64,000 nucleotides of DNA, from contig JBHGNT010000012.1 in assembly GCA_043228905.1 (NCBI GenBank), positions 9,796,001 to 9,860,000 on the forward strand. The letters are read 5' to 3'. This document shows, piece after piece, positions 35,252 to 45,989 of the stretch. The notes under the pieces were generated by a model. That model made no database searches and had not been told where the DNA came from. It saw only the letters and a program-made list of their open reading frames with translations. Source of the DNA: Azolla caroliniana. Lineage: Eukaryota > Plantae > Polypodiophyta. Position 1 is the stretch's first letter, and each line of letters begins with the position of its first letter. The position numbers and the translations under genes were made by a program.

Positions 35252-37017
35252 TGTGTTACCGGCCGGCAAGGAGTCCAAAATACGGAGTGAAGGAACTAAT
35301 TAAGTATGGTTGTAATAAGCATAGTGTGGACGGACGGACTGTATGATCTCTCTCACCATCATACTCTTCATCATCTTTGCTATTTCACCATGTCTATCTT
35401 CGTCATCGTTAACCATCATCATCCTTAACCCTAACCCTAACTCTAAAACCTACAACAGTCGGGTCAAGCCTTCGAGAGGCAAGCGCGGGACGAAGGACGG
35501 CGCCGCGAAACACCATGATCGACAACATGGGCCGAGCGCGATCGACATGAGCGGAGAGTCGTGTCTAGGAAAACGAAGGAGGTGCGTGGAGAACGGAGGG
35601 CTACGCACCGAGAAGAGAAAACACGGTGTCCCGAAGGACATGCGAGGCCAATCGGGCCAAGAGGGCACAGGTCGAGGCGAAGCAGTAATGAGAGCCGCAA
35701 AGAAGGACGGGGTGATAGCACGCTCTACCACGAGAGAGCATGGCGAACAAGGGGAAAGCGAAAAGCGTGTGATGGGGTCATCGAAGGACCGAAGCACGAG
35801 CACGCATTCGGAGGAGAGCATCAACATACGGGGAAAGCCTACGGAAGGCAAGTGCGGAGCGGAGAAAGTCGGCACGCCGAGGTGCGCGGCACGCAAAGGG
35901 CGGAATCGGGCATGCGACCGGGAGCGCATCCGGAGGATGTACGAGGCGGACAAAGGAAGAGCAACCGGGTTGGTGACGGCGTTCGGGAGGACCGAACGGG
36001 GAGGAAAGCACGGGCATCGAATACGGCGGGTCGGATGTAGTCGGTGGTTCAAGGACCCACGGTGGACGTGGCGGATCGGGTGGAGGCAACGACTCGGCGA
36101 ACATCGTCGAGTGTGGTGGATCGGATGGCGCCGACGGTTCGAGACCATTCGGCAAGGATGAGGGACCGGAAGGCGGTGGTGGTTCGTGTGGACGGGGTGG
36201 TCTTGCTCGAAGTGGAAGACAAAACCGGGCGGGCCCACGAGGACGCTAAGTACTTAGCCGGTCGTCGTGGCCGAAAATCTCGTGTTCTCTCCCCTATGTT
36301 TTGGCACATACCGGTGGATGTGCGGTTAGGTGGGGGCGGATGTCATGAAGATTTTCATCCACAAGCGGAAACCCGAGCAACGAGAGCCAAAGAGCGATGT
36401 GCAACGTTGCACACGTACATAATGTATTTGTAATAGTAATAAAGGTATAAAGGTGATGTGGTCTTGTGCGCACATCCACGCGAGAGAGAGAGAGAGAGGT
36501 ACTATGCGGTACATAGGTACCTAGTTGTTTGTGTGGAGGTGGGAGTAAAGGGGCCATCAATCTCACCCTCCCCAAATCAAGGCAAATATCCCCTTTAAAT
36601 GAAAGGGGATATTTTTAGTCTCAATTTTGTAAACGGTCTTCCCTCCTTGTGCTATAAAAGGAGAGGGAACGCACCATTGTAAGGGTTGCCCATTTTGAGT
36701 GTGCGAGGTATACCACATAGGTCGAGCGTTAGGGTTAGGGTTAGGGTTTCTTTATCTTTATCTTCATCTTCGTCAGTTAGGGTTTCGAGTAGTCGTTTGG
36801 TGCGGCCTATGCGGCCACCATTTGTAATCGTTCATTTCGTTTTAATATATCTTGTTGATCATCTTGTCTCCATCTTCCTCTTGTTCGATCTAATCTCTTG
36901 TTCATTCTTCTTCTTCTTGTTCAAAACTTCCATTCCATGTCCGATTCCTTCTCCTCTACTTAGTCCAAGACCCCCATGGTCCCGTCCTTCTCCACGCATA
37001 CACGTAGCAACGCGACA

Positions 37018-40000
37018 ACGCGCACGCTCCCAAGAACCTCCGAACCTCCGTGACCGAGCTACAGTTGTCCTTCATCGCGGAGATGGCTTCTACCTTGGCC
37101 GGAGACGGTTTCCGGCCGTACGACCCGCATAGGTGTCCGACAACCATGATCTCTGATTTCCCGAAGGCCGATTTTCCCCCGGAGAAGGTGAGCCTCGCGC
37201 CCTCCAACCTCTGCAGCACCTTCTCGTAGTCATCGATGTGCGTCGCCACGAATTTCCGGCACCTATCCGATCCGATCGTCTCGTCCTTTTCCTCCGCTAG
37301 GCATCCCTTGATCGGGACGTCGTCCAGAAACGGCATGGTGATGTCCGGGATACAATCCCTCAGCACCTTGTTCATTACGTTCACCATGTGAGCCATCGAG
37401 TTCGTCCCTCCTTGTGGTAGGGTACACATCCGTACTAGGCCGAGAGGAGTTCGCATTGTCGTGATGTCTCTGCTCTCTATGGCTAGCTGGAACTGATCGT
37501 ACCCCGAGTAGAGATCACCGACCGAGTAAATCGACCTTCCCGCGAAGGCCTCCGCGAACTCGTCTATTGTCGGTCTGATTCCTACGTTTCGAATGGTCAC
37601 CTTGTTGACCGGCTGCAGGTCTTGAATAAAGCGCAGCGTGCCATCCTTCTTCGGCACGGTAAACCACCGATTCGAGTATGGGGCACTCGACGGTTCGAGG
37701 ATGCCCATCTCGACCTTCTGCTTTAACAACTCCATCAGCTTCGGGATGTGAGCTCTGGGTACTGGAATCGGTTTGAGACTCCACGGCACATGCGGTACCG
37801 TGAATATCACCATCCGTTCCACGATTGTCGGGTCTACGCACCCGATCTCCTCCGGTGAGAATGCGAAAGCCTTCCCATGCCTTCCGAGCACTCCCCAAAA
37901 ACGGTCCTCTTCCGCCAGTAGTAGGAAGTCGCCCCCACCGATTTTGAGCTCGCGTAGCATTATGTCGGTGAACGTGTGTCCTATGCGGTCCAGATTTCGT
38001 AAACTCGGGTCCAACGCAACCCCCTTTATTCGCAACTTGCTGCCCTCCGGCAAGGGAGCCGCGACTGGCCTCACCTTCCGGTCCACCGTCTTGTATTTCG
38101 TATCCACGCGGGCCGTCCGATCCGACCCGATCCTTTCCCCGAAGTCTGCGATGACTTCGTACATTCCTATCGACCCCACCGGAACGGTCCGGTCTTCTCT
38201 AAGGTCTTCACCGATCACCTTTCGTAGTTCACCCAATGTGTCGTCAAAAGAGACCGCCTCCACGACATCGTTGATGCCCTCGTCGGGGAAGAGGACTCCG
38301 CATCCCCTGAGCCGCTCCTCCGCTCGCTTCCTCTCCCTGCCGCTGACGCTGGTTATAGTACAACCTCCGCTGTCGGAGAACCAAAATTTCCTACCTATGG
38401 TACAAGTCTTCTTTGCTATCGTACACTTGTGGGGTTTTCCCGGAGTGTCCGGACTATCGCGGCCCCACACCTTGATAGCCCTCTCTAAAAATCCTCTCGG
38501 CTTTCGCCCCCGAGGGTCTCGCGGTTCCGCTAATGGTTCGGTCTCACCATCAGGAACTGGACCGAGTGACGCCCATCCTGGCTCTTGACCCTTGCATAGG
38601 CCAAGCCGTTGTCCAGCACCTTGGTCTCCATCCGTGCTGCCGTGATGTACGGTTCTCCTAGTATAACCGGATGTGAGGACGTCTCCTGCACGAAGAAGTG
38701 CTGGTCAATCTCAACATCGCTGATCTTTACTCGTACATTCGGGCAGACTCCATGCAGTTCTTCGGTGGCACGTGTCGCTGCCCGTATTTTCCACCCGTGC
38801 TTGGTGTTGATCGGCCATTTCCCCTTCTTGTAGAAGTCTATGGACATCAAATTGATTTCTGAACCGTGGTACACCAACGCCACCACTGGTTCATGAACAT
38901 CTCCGATCTTCACGGGGGTTTCCAAGGTCGCTCTGGCCCAGTGCGGCCTCGAATAGTGGCTCTCCGCCAACTCGTCTTCCAGCGCCATGTCCTCTATGTG
39001 CGTCGTCCGCACCTCCACCGGCTTCTCCGGTTCTGTCTCCGTCGACAGCCTCTTCCTTCTCACCAAGTCCACGATGGAGTCGTGGAACTCCTTCTTGGCG
39101 ATCTCGAGCACTTCCCTCAGCGACAGTTCCACCTTGCTATCGAGGATTCATTCTTCCAGGACCTTTCGCAGGTCCGTGGATCTTTCGATTTCTGTGCCCA
39201 GCCGGTACCCGCCTTTCTTGGGATTATCCTAGGCGCCGGTTACACCGGCCTCATTCCGCCTTTGCCTGAATCGAGTTTCATATCGTTGCGAGGATCCGGC
39301 CCCTTTTGTCCTCCACCAGAGCCTCGTAGTTTTGACAAGTGGCTTCGACGAAGCCCATCTTTTCTTCCACCGGGTCACTCCACCCGGTTACCTCCCGGAC
39401 CCGTTTTTCCACGCGGTCCGCCTCTTCTTTCCTTAGTCGTGCGCCGGCGAGGCCTTCTAGCATCGTCGGCCAGAACCCGGCTTTGTTTGTCTTCGGGGCC
39501 TCGCTATCTCTGACCCGAATATCAGCTGACGCCGAGTAGTGGACGGTCTCCGCGTGACGAGCCGCCGCCTCCTCCATCAGCCTTTTCATACCTCCTCGCT
39601 CGACGTTCAGGTCCAGGGGCCTTCGGGTTTCGCTAGCTTGCACCCGACCGTTCCACAGGTACACCACGTTGCTTCTCATCACCTTGGCGAAGTCCCCGCA
39701 GTCCTTCCGGATGTGGCCAACCGTGTCACACCACATGCACCTGTTTCTAGCCAGAGGTCGTCGGTCACGGGCCTGTTCACCACCGTCCCTCCGTGCCTGG
39801 GCGATCTAGAGATCCTTTACCATCCGCGTTAGTTCCTCCAGGGCTGCTTCCCCGGGAGAGCCCTTGACCATGCCGGTCGAAGCCGATCCGGTCTCGAGCC
39901 AATCTCGGGTCTCTTCCCTTCGCATTGGTGGTGTTGGCTCGAGCTTCCTTGCTGCGACAGAGCCCGCTCCTGTCGATCCTTTGTCAACCCATTCCCGTCG

Positions 40001-40877
40001 TTTGTCGAAACGGCCACAGACCCTCTTCACCACGGCCCAATCAACCATCAACCCGTCATCAGTCTCCAATAGGAGGCCTACTTGCTCCCGATCCCGCTCG
40101 TCAACTGACTTAACAAACAATAGGACACGACTTGTGTCCAGAATGGTCCGGTCAAGCACCGAGAGGCGCGCGAAGCGTTCCTCAAACTCCCAGAGGAGCA
40201 CCGACGCGTTCCTTCCTTTGTCGGGGGTCTCCAGCCACTCCATGAAGTCCCGCTTCGAAAGTCGAAGCGCATCTTCAAGCCCGTATTTTTCGAGGAGCCG
40301 ATCTTCAAACTCCTCCCAGGTTCGGCTCTCGGCCCGTACCTCGAGCACCTCCGTATGACGATAGCGCGCTTGCTACAAGAGTCGTTCCACTCACGGACAG
40401 AGTCTCGACGTAGTCAATGCATGCCCCAAATGAGGGTAGCTAGGCCTCTTATTTATAGTAATTCTCAAGGCCCCCAGCCATGTTCACACTTGGCCTCATG
40501 GGTTGTCTCAATCCCGAGGATTAAAAGTAATCCTCCCCTTCTTTAGACTCTTTGTTTAACCCTCACACTTATCCACGTGTATAGAATACTACGACAATTC
40601 TCACCACGGGATATTATATGGTCATGCCCGTAACAGTATAGATGCCCGATATCGCCACTCGAGGGAATCCGGCTAGGCGCCTCTCTTCCAGAATGTCTCT
40701 CATTACCATCTCAGCCCGGTAGGACGCCAAGTAGCTCGTGGCATCCTTCCCACTAAACCGGCCGATCGTACCGACAACCGCCTCAATAGCCCTATCAAGG
40801 GCGCCGGTGCCTTCGTGCACACTCACTATACGGTCCACAACCGAAGCCATGGCTTCTACGAGGTCCGACCCCCTCAT
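37018..40877 (-). pseudogene. Element C gag, protease and RT
   Basis: WCDTVGHIRKDC knuckle; ALVYHGSEINLM protease (D mutated); DLYSGYDQ, LPQGGTNS, PFLDDVPIKG RT. Confidence 0.95.
40356..40635. mobile_element. Short solo-LTR-like insert in gag of C
   Basis: Absent from the homologous gag of D; ends in TAACA; flanked by GTATG/GTATA; left terminus ambiguous by 2 nt. Confidence 0.65.
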
Positions 40878-41608
40878 CTTCTATTCCTCTGCCGCCTGTT
40901 CACGTCGGGTTCACCAAAGATGTCACGTTGCTACGCGCGTGCGTGGAGAACAAGGCGGAACCACTGGGGTCTTGGACCGACGAATAGGTGAGAAAAGAGG
41001 GAGAAAGAGAGAGACGCTCACACACGTATAGACAAAGAAGCGCACGGGGACGCGGCCCAATCAACACAGGAGACACGAGTTGATAACACTAGCGTATGTA
41101 CATAAAAAAATAAAATGTATGTATTTGTATGTATGCGGACGACTCGAATGGTTACAGCCAATCAGGTCAACTAGACGGATGCCGACACCTGATCACCTAC
41201 GCACACAAGGGAGCAAGATGGAGATTCTGCCGGAAGCACACGACCGTTCCACGAGACAGAATTAGCCTCCTGAGAACCTGCGCAAAAGAAAGCTATGGAG
41301 AACGACAGAGAAGAAGAACTCGGTCCCTGTCCGACAACACTTCGTACCCTCTCGCACGATACCTTCTCTCCCCGTCTCCCTCTCTTTTATAGCTCAAGGA
41401 GGGAGGCCGTTTCCCCCGTTTACATCACATTAACTCTTTGTCCTTTCGGACAGAGATACTCCTCGATTCTCCCTATAGAATATTGCTACCTAGGATTCGA
41501 CTTTTGTGCCTACCTATCTACTATACAACAAGGGGCGTGCCCACGTGTAAGGGCCGGTTCACACACGCTATACACGGTTTGCGCCTGGGGACGGGTTTCT
41601 TCACGATA

Positions 41609-44600
41609 ACGTGGGGATCGGTACAATGAGAGAAGATGCGATGACCAACGTAGGGAAGGCCACAATCGAGATCGATATGAATGGCGGATTACGACCAGAG
41701 AAGGGATTCTTATGACCGGTATGGTCGCGACTACCCTCCAAGCTATAACCAGAGGAGGGAGGACCAACGAGAAAACTATGAAGACCGGCAGCAGCAGGGT
41801 AACAAGAACAGACGCTTTCTTAAGAAACAGAACTTTCGGAAAAGAGGATCGTCGGGAGCCGGCAAAGGAGTACCAACGAGAGCCAGATAGAGGCATAAGT
41901 GGTGCCCAACCGGAACAAAGAAGAACAGAAGAACCTAACTGAGCGGTAAACGGATTTCCACAGGGTACCGAAACAAAAGCAGAATCTAGCAATACCCGGA
42001 AGGCATATTACTACTATTGCCAACAGGAGGGCCATTACAGCAACCAATTCTCGGTTAAAAGGAACGAAAAACGGCCGGTGATCAATATGGTTGTAGTAGA
42101 AGTAGCGGATATACACCGAGTCACCACCAGATCCAGAGGAAAGACGGCGGACTGGGAAGCATAAGAGGTCATACGAAAACAAACCACTGAATGGATTCAA
42201 AAGGCCAACGAACGCAATGTCACCGAAATGAAAGAGCACATGAATGCAGTGGAGGAACTCACCGTAAAGGCACAACCAAAGAACCCCACGTGGCAAGCAC
42301 TTCAGCAATGCAAAATCACGTTACCACTGGGCCGGTTACTTCAACTAGTGCCTTGGTTCACCAACGGGTTGAAATCAGCAATGGCTCCGTTAAGTCTTGC
42401 ACCGGCTCCGGCATTCTTTTCAAATCCAGAGGAAGGACCGGTAGTGGTGGACACCAGCAGTCCTGCAATCACTGCGCTTATTAAAGGATGGGAGCTACCT
42501 GGTACGATAGTCGATAGCGGATCAAGAGTAAACGTGATAAGCCTCCAGACATGCGACACTTTGGGAATTCAGGAGTGGAAACCATACCCATTCTGGCTCC
42601 GGATGGCGGACACCAGCTCAGTCCCACCCACCAGCTTGATCTGAGTCTTGGAGGTGACGATCGGAGGTCATCCTTTCTGAATTTCTGCGGTAGTCCTCCA
42701 GTTGAACGCTCGAGGGGCATACCCACTACTACTAGGACGACGATGGCTGAAGACAGCCCATATCAAACAGAACTGGTAGAAAAACAATATTACGTTCCGC
42801 AGAGGGAAAATGAAAGTAAGAGTACCCACGCAACCGCAAGCTGGCCCCAACAAAGACGTGACCCCACTATATGCCGAAAGCGTGAACATGCTGGCAGGAG
42901 TGGCCAACGAGGAGGTGGATCGCTACCTTGAAGAGAACCCAAGGATAGTCCTTCTGTTCGAAGTGGACGTGCTAGAAACGGTATCTCCATACGTGGTGCA
43001 AACGGAACCGGATAAGGATGCACTCTAGGAACTGCGGCAAGCACATGAGGCCTTGGAACGGGAAATGGCGGTATCCCAATGAGTAAAGGTGTCCCAACTA
43101 GAAGAAGTAAATTTGGGCACCGGAAAGGAAGCGTGTGCGGTACACGTGGCTAAGGAGATGTCACCGGAAGACAAATCGGAAATGATAACATTATTAAAAG
43201 AATTCCAGAAGCGCATCTGGTACACCTCAGCAAGGATGCTAAGCCGGTGGCACAACAACGATATCGGATGAACCCAAACAACGAGGAAATTGACAACTTG
43301 CTCCGAGTCGGCTTTATCCGGCCGGTGAAGAAAGCCACTTGGCAAAGTCCAATTGTCGTAGTGCCGAAGAAGAACGGCAAGATCCGTGTCCACGTGGATT
43401 ACGGGTGTCGTAGTGTAGTCCGCACACTACGTGAAAAAGGTAAAATAATATATCCGATTTAAGTACAAATATATAAATAAAAGAAAATATTAAAATATTT
43501 ATTACATGCATAGGGGAGGATTCAAACCCTGTACCTCCATGTAAATAAACCAAAAGTTTACCATTGTATTAACCTATCATAAGTGTTACAAATATAGATT
43601 TAATAGGTATAAGACTTTTATTTATGCCTACCTTTATTAAAAGGTAAATCATGCATTTTTAGAGTGCGAGAATACTTTATTTACAAGAAAAATATACACC
43701 AATAAAAAAATACTCGTGCACATCTAGCGTGCATGAGCACTATATTTAGGAAATAAAAGCATAGTGGAGAAAGCAACTCATGCACATTTAGTGTGCATGA
43801 ACACTTTAGAAAAAGCAAGAAGCTATGCTTAGTCTCTCCCATCCTATATAAGGAGGAGAGAAAGATGTATATGGTTGTTGATTATTTTTTAAGAATTGAC
43901 CAATATAATATATTTGTGGGATTCACGACTTTGTAATCGAAATTGTCTCTTACAATCTAAATATTGATTAAATACACTAAACTCGTGGGATTCATGCGAT
44001 TCATAACTTTACCTCTCTTTCTACCTATTCATTACTAGCCTTATCTCATATTCTTCTTTCTCCTAGTCCAAAAACCTCAGTGGTTCCCACCCGATTCACG
44101 CAACGATCCGGAACCGAAAGGCACGACACCGGAAATTAAACGTGGCAACGGCTAACGATGCATTTCCGCTTCCGTTTACGGATGAAGTTTTAGATGCGGT
44201 AGCCGGGCATGAGGTTTATAGCTTTCTCGATGGTTTCAGCGGATATAACCAAATAAGGATGCACCCGGATGATCAAGAAAAGAAGGTGTTCGTGACAGAA
44301 TGGGGAGTCTTTGTAGAAGTTGTAATGATGTTTGGACTCAAGACGGTGCCGACAACCTTTTAGAGGATTGTTATGGAAGTATTTGGAGAATCCATACCGG
44401 CATTTATGCAGGTATTCCTGGATGACTTCACGGTATACAGCCGGAAAGAGGAACACCTCGACCATCTTAGGTTATGCTTGGAAAAGTGCAGAGGATACCG
44501 GTTAATCTTAAACCTGGCAAAGTGTGTCTTCGATGTGCCCAACGGCACATTGTTGGGTCATATTGTTAGCAAGGAAGGAATTGTCGTGGGCTCAGATAAG

Positions 44601-45950
44601 GTCAAGGCTATTTTGCAGGCGCTAGCACCAACGACCTCCAAGGCTTTAAGCCATTTCTTAGGACAGATCCGGTGGCATAGCCGGTGGTACTTGGCAGACC
44701 TCGCCACGACACTACACGCAGTTGTACACCGGACACCGTTTAATTGGATGGATGAAGAGGACAAGGCTTACCGCGTATTCAAGGTAATGCTATCATAAGC
44801 ACCAGTGGTACAACCCCCTGACTGGTCAAAAGAGTTCCATGTCTTCGTGGACGCGTCGGATATCGCAATCGACAGCGTACTCATGCAAATTACCAAACCG
44901 AAGTGGTACCGGCCAATGTACTACGCTAGTCGGAAGCTGTCAAAGGTGGAGCGGAATTATTCCACTACGGAAAGAGAAGCCCTAGGAATGATATACAGTG
45001 TCACCAAATACCGACATTATTTTTTAGGCAGCAAGTTCTCATTCCATGTAGACCATTCAACTCTTTTATACTTGGTCTCTAAGGCATCACTCACCGGCAA
45101 GCTGGCCCGGTGGACATTATTATTACAAGAATTTGAATTTGAGATCTATCATCGGCAGGGTATGAAACATGGGGTTGGCAATTACTTGAGCCAGTTAGAA
45201 TCGGGATGAATGTAAACGGTTGGCGATGCGAAGCAGACACTTTTGTCTAGTGCAGGATACCATGTATCATAAGGGAGCGGCATATGGCAGCGAGCGGTCC
45301 GGAGTGATGGAAAAGACACCATTTTATGGGAAGCGCATTGTGGGGTCGCTGGACGACATTATGTCGGTGAAGCTACGACAAGGAAAATATGGCGCAATGG
45401 CTTATGATGGCCAATGACACTAAAGGGCTCAGTCCGATATACGAAGGAATGTGATCTGTGTCAAAGAATGGGCTTACCGAACGGCATACAAAACACCATT
45501 CCGGTTAGCGTTTGGTTTCGACGTGGTGATGCCAATTGAATTCTAGATTCCAAGCTTATGGATACAGGTCCGGGAGCGGCTGAGCGAGAAGGAGTCGGAA
45601 AAAATCTGGTTAGCAGTACTTTGCGAACTGGAGGAACACCGAATAGTGAGCCTAATGCAAATGGAAATCGAGCAACGACGAAAGAAAGCATTCGTCGACC
45701 GCCACTGGGAGGGTAAGAAGAAGGTGTTTGAAATCGGCAAGCCGTTACTAGTGTTCTAGACGCAAGAGTTGAACAACTCATATCAGCTGGGAATGCTAGC
45801 TGGCCAGGTGCTGGATAAGTGGGTAAATGGGTTCCGACTTAAACCATATAATGGAGCCATGCCACAGAAGCCGTTTCATCAACCAAAGAACAATGCGGAC
45901 ATACGCATCGGCCAACAACCATGAAGACAAGGAAGCTTGGGTTACCGGGT
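41609..45950 (+). pseudogene. Element F gag tail, protease, RT, RNase H, partially deleted integrase
   Basis: TIVDSGSRVNVI; SFLDGFSGYNQI; VFLDDF; VFVDASDIAI; EREALG; many stops and deletions. Confidence 0.93.
43406..44128 (+). mobile_element. Solo LTR with TGTCGT..ACGACA termini and 4-bp TSD, in RT of F
   Basis: Flanks CGGG/CCGG; removal restores VDYRKLN; TATA cctatataagg near 43845. Confidence 0.87.
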
Positions 45951-45989
45951 AACCGGAACTAAAAAAAAGAAGAAAAAGAAAACAGTTGC

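Larger units (their letters stand above)
29574..35457 (+). mobile_element. Element G: heavily deleted A-family gypsy element with three LTR segments, nested in H
   Basis: Perfect TSD GTCGG; LTR segments 29574-29981, ~30971-31494, 35254-35457; PBS TGGCGACCAC at 29987 and 31500. Confidence 0.92.
26091..37017 (+). mobile_element. Element H: non-autonomous tRNA-Trp-primed LTR element nested in RT of C
   Basis: 677-bp LTRs 26091-26767 and 36341-37017, PBS at 26772, PPT before 36341, degenerate 4-bp TSD ATGT/ACGC; no pol of its own. Confidence 0.93.
23307..41608 (-). mobile_element. Element C: tRNA-Trp-primed gypsy LTR retrotransposon
   Basis: LTRs 23307-23992 and 40921-41608, PBS TGGTGAACCCGACGTGAA 40899-40916, PPT 23993-24009; flanks do not form a TSD. 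Confidence 0.93.

Noticed and set aside
35200-35260. Self-cleaving ribozyme (hammerhead or HDV-like) as the explanation of the conserved 3' motif
   Set aside because: No CUGANGA/GAAA core or HDV pairing pattern seen; the tRNA 3'-end match explains it better. An Rfam/Infernal scan would be needed to exclude this formally
35343-36433. Overlapping 130-270-aa ORFs on both strands (also 60800-62130 and 29933-31095)
   Set aside because: GC-rich or skewed transposon interior, no recognisable domains; long frames are expected by composition
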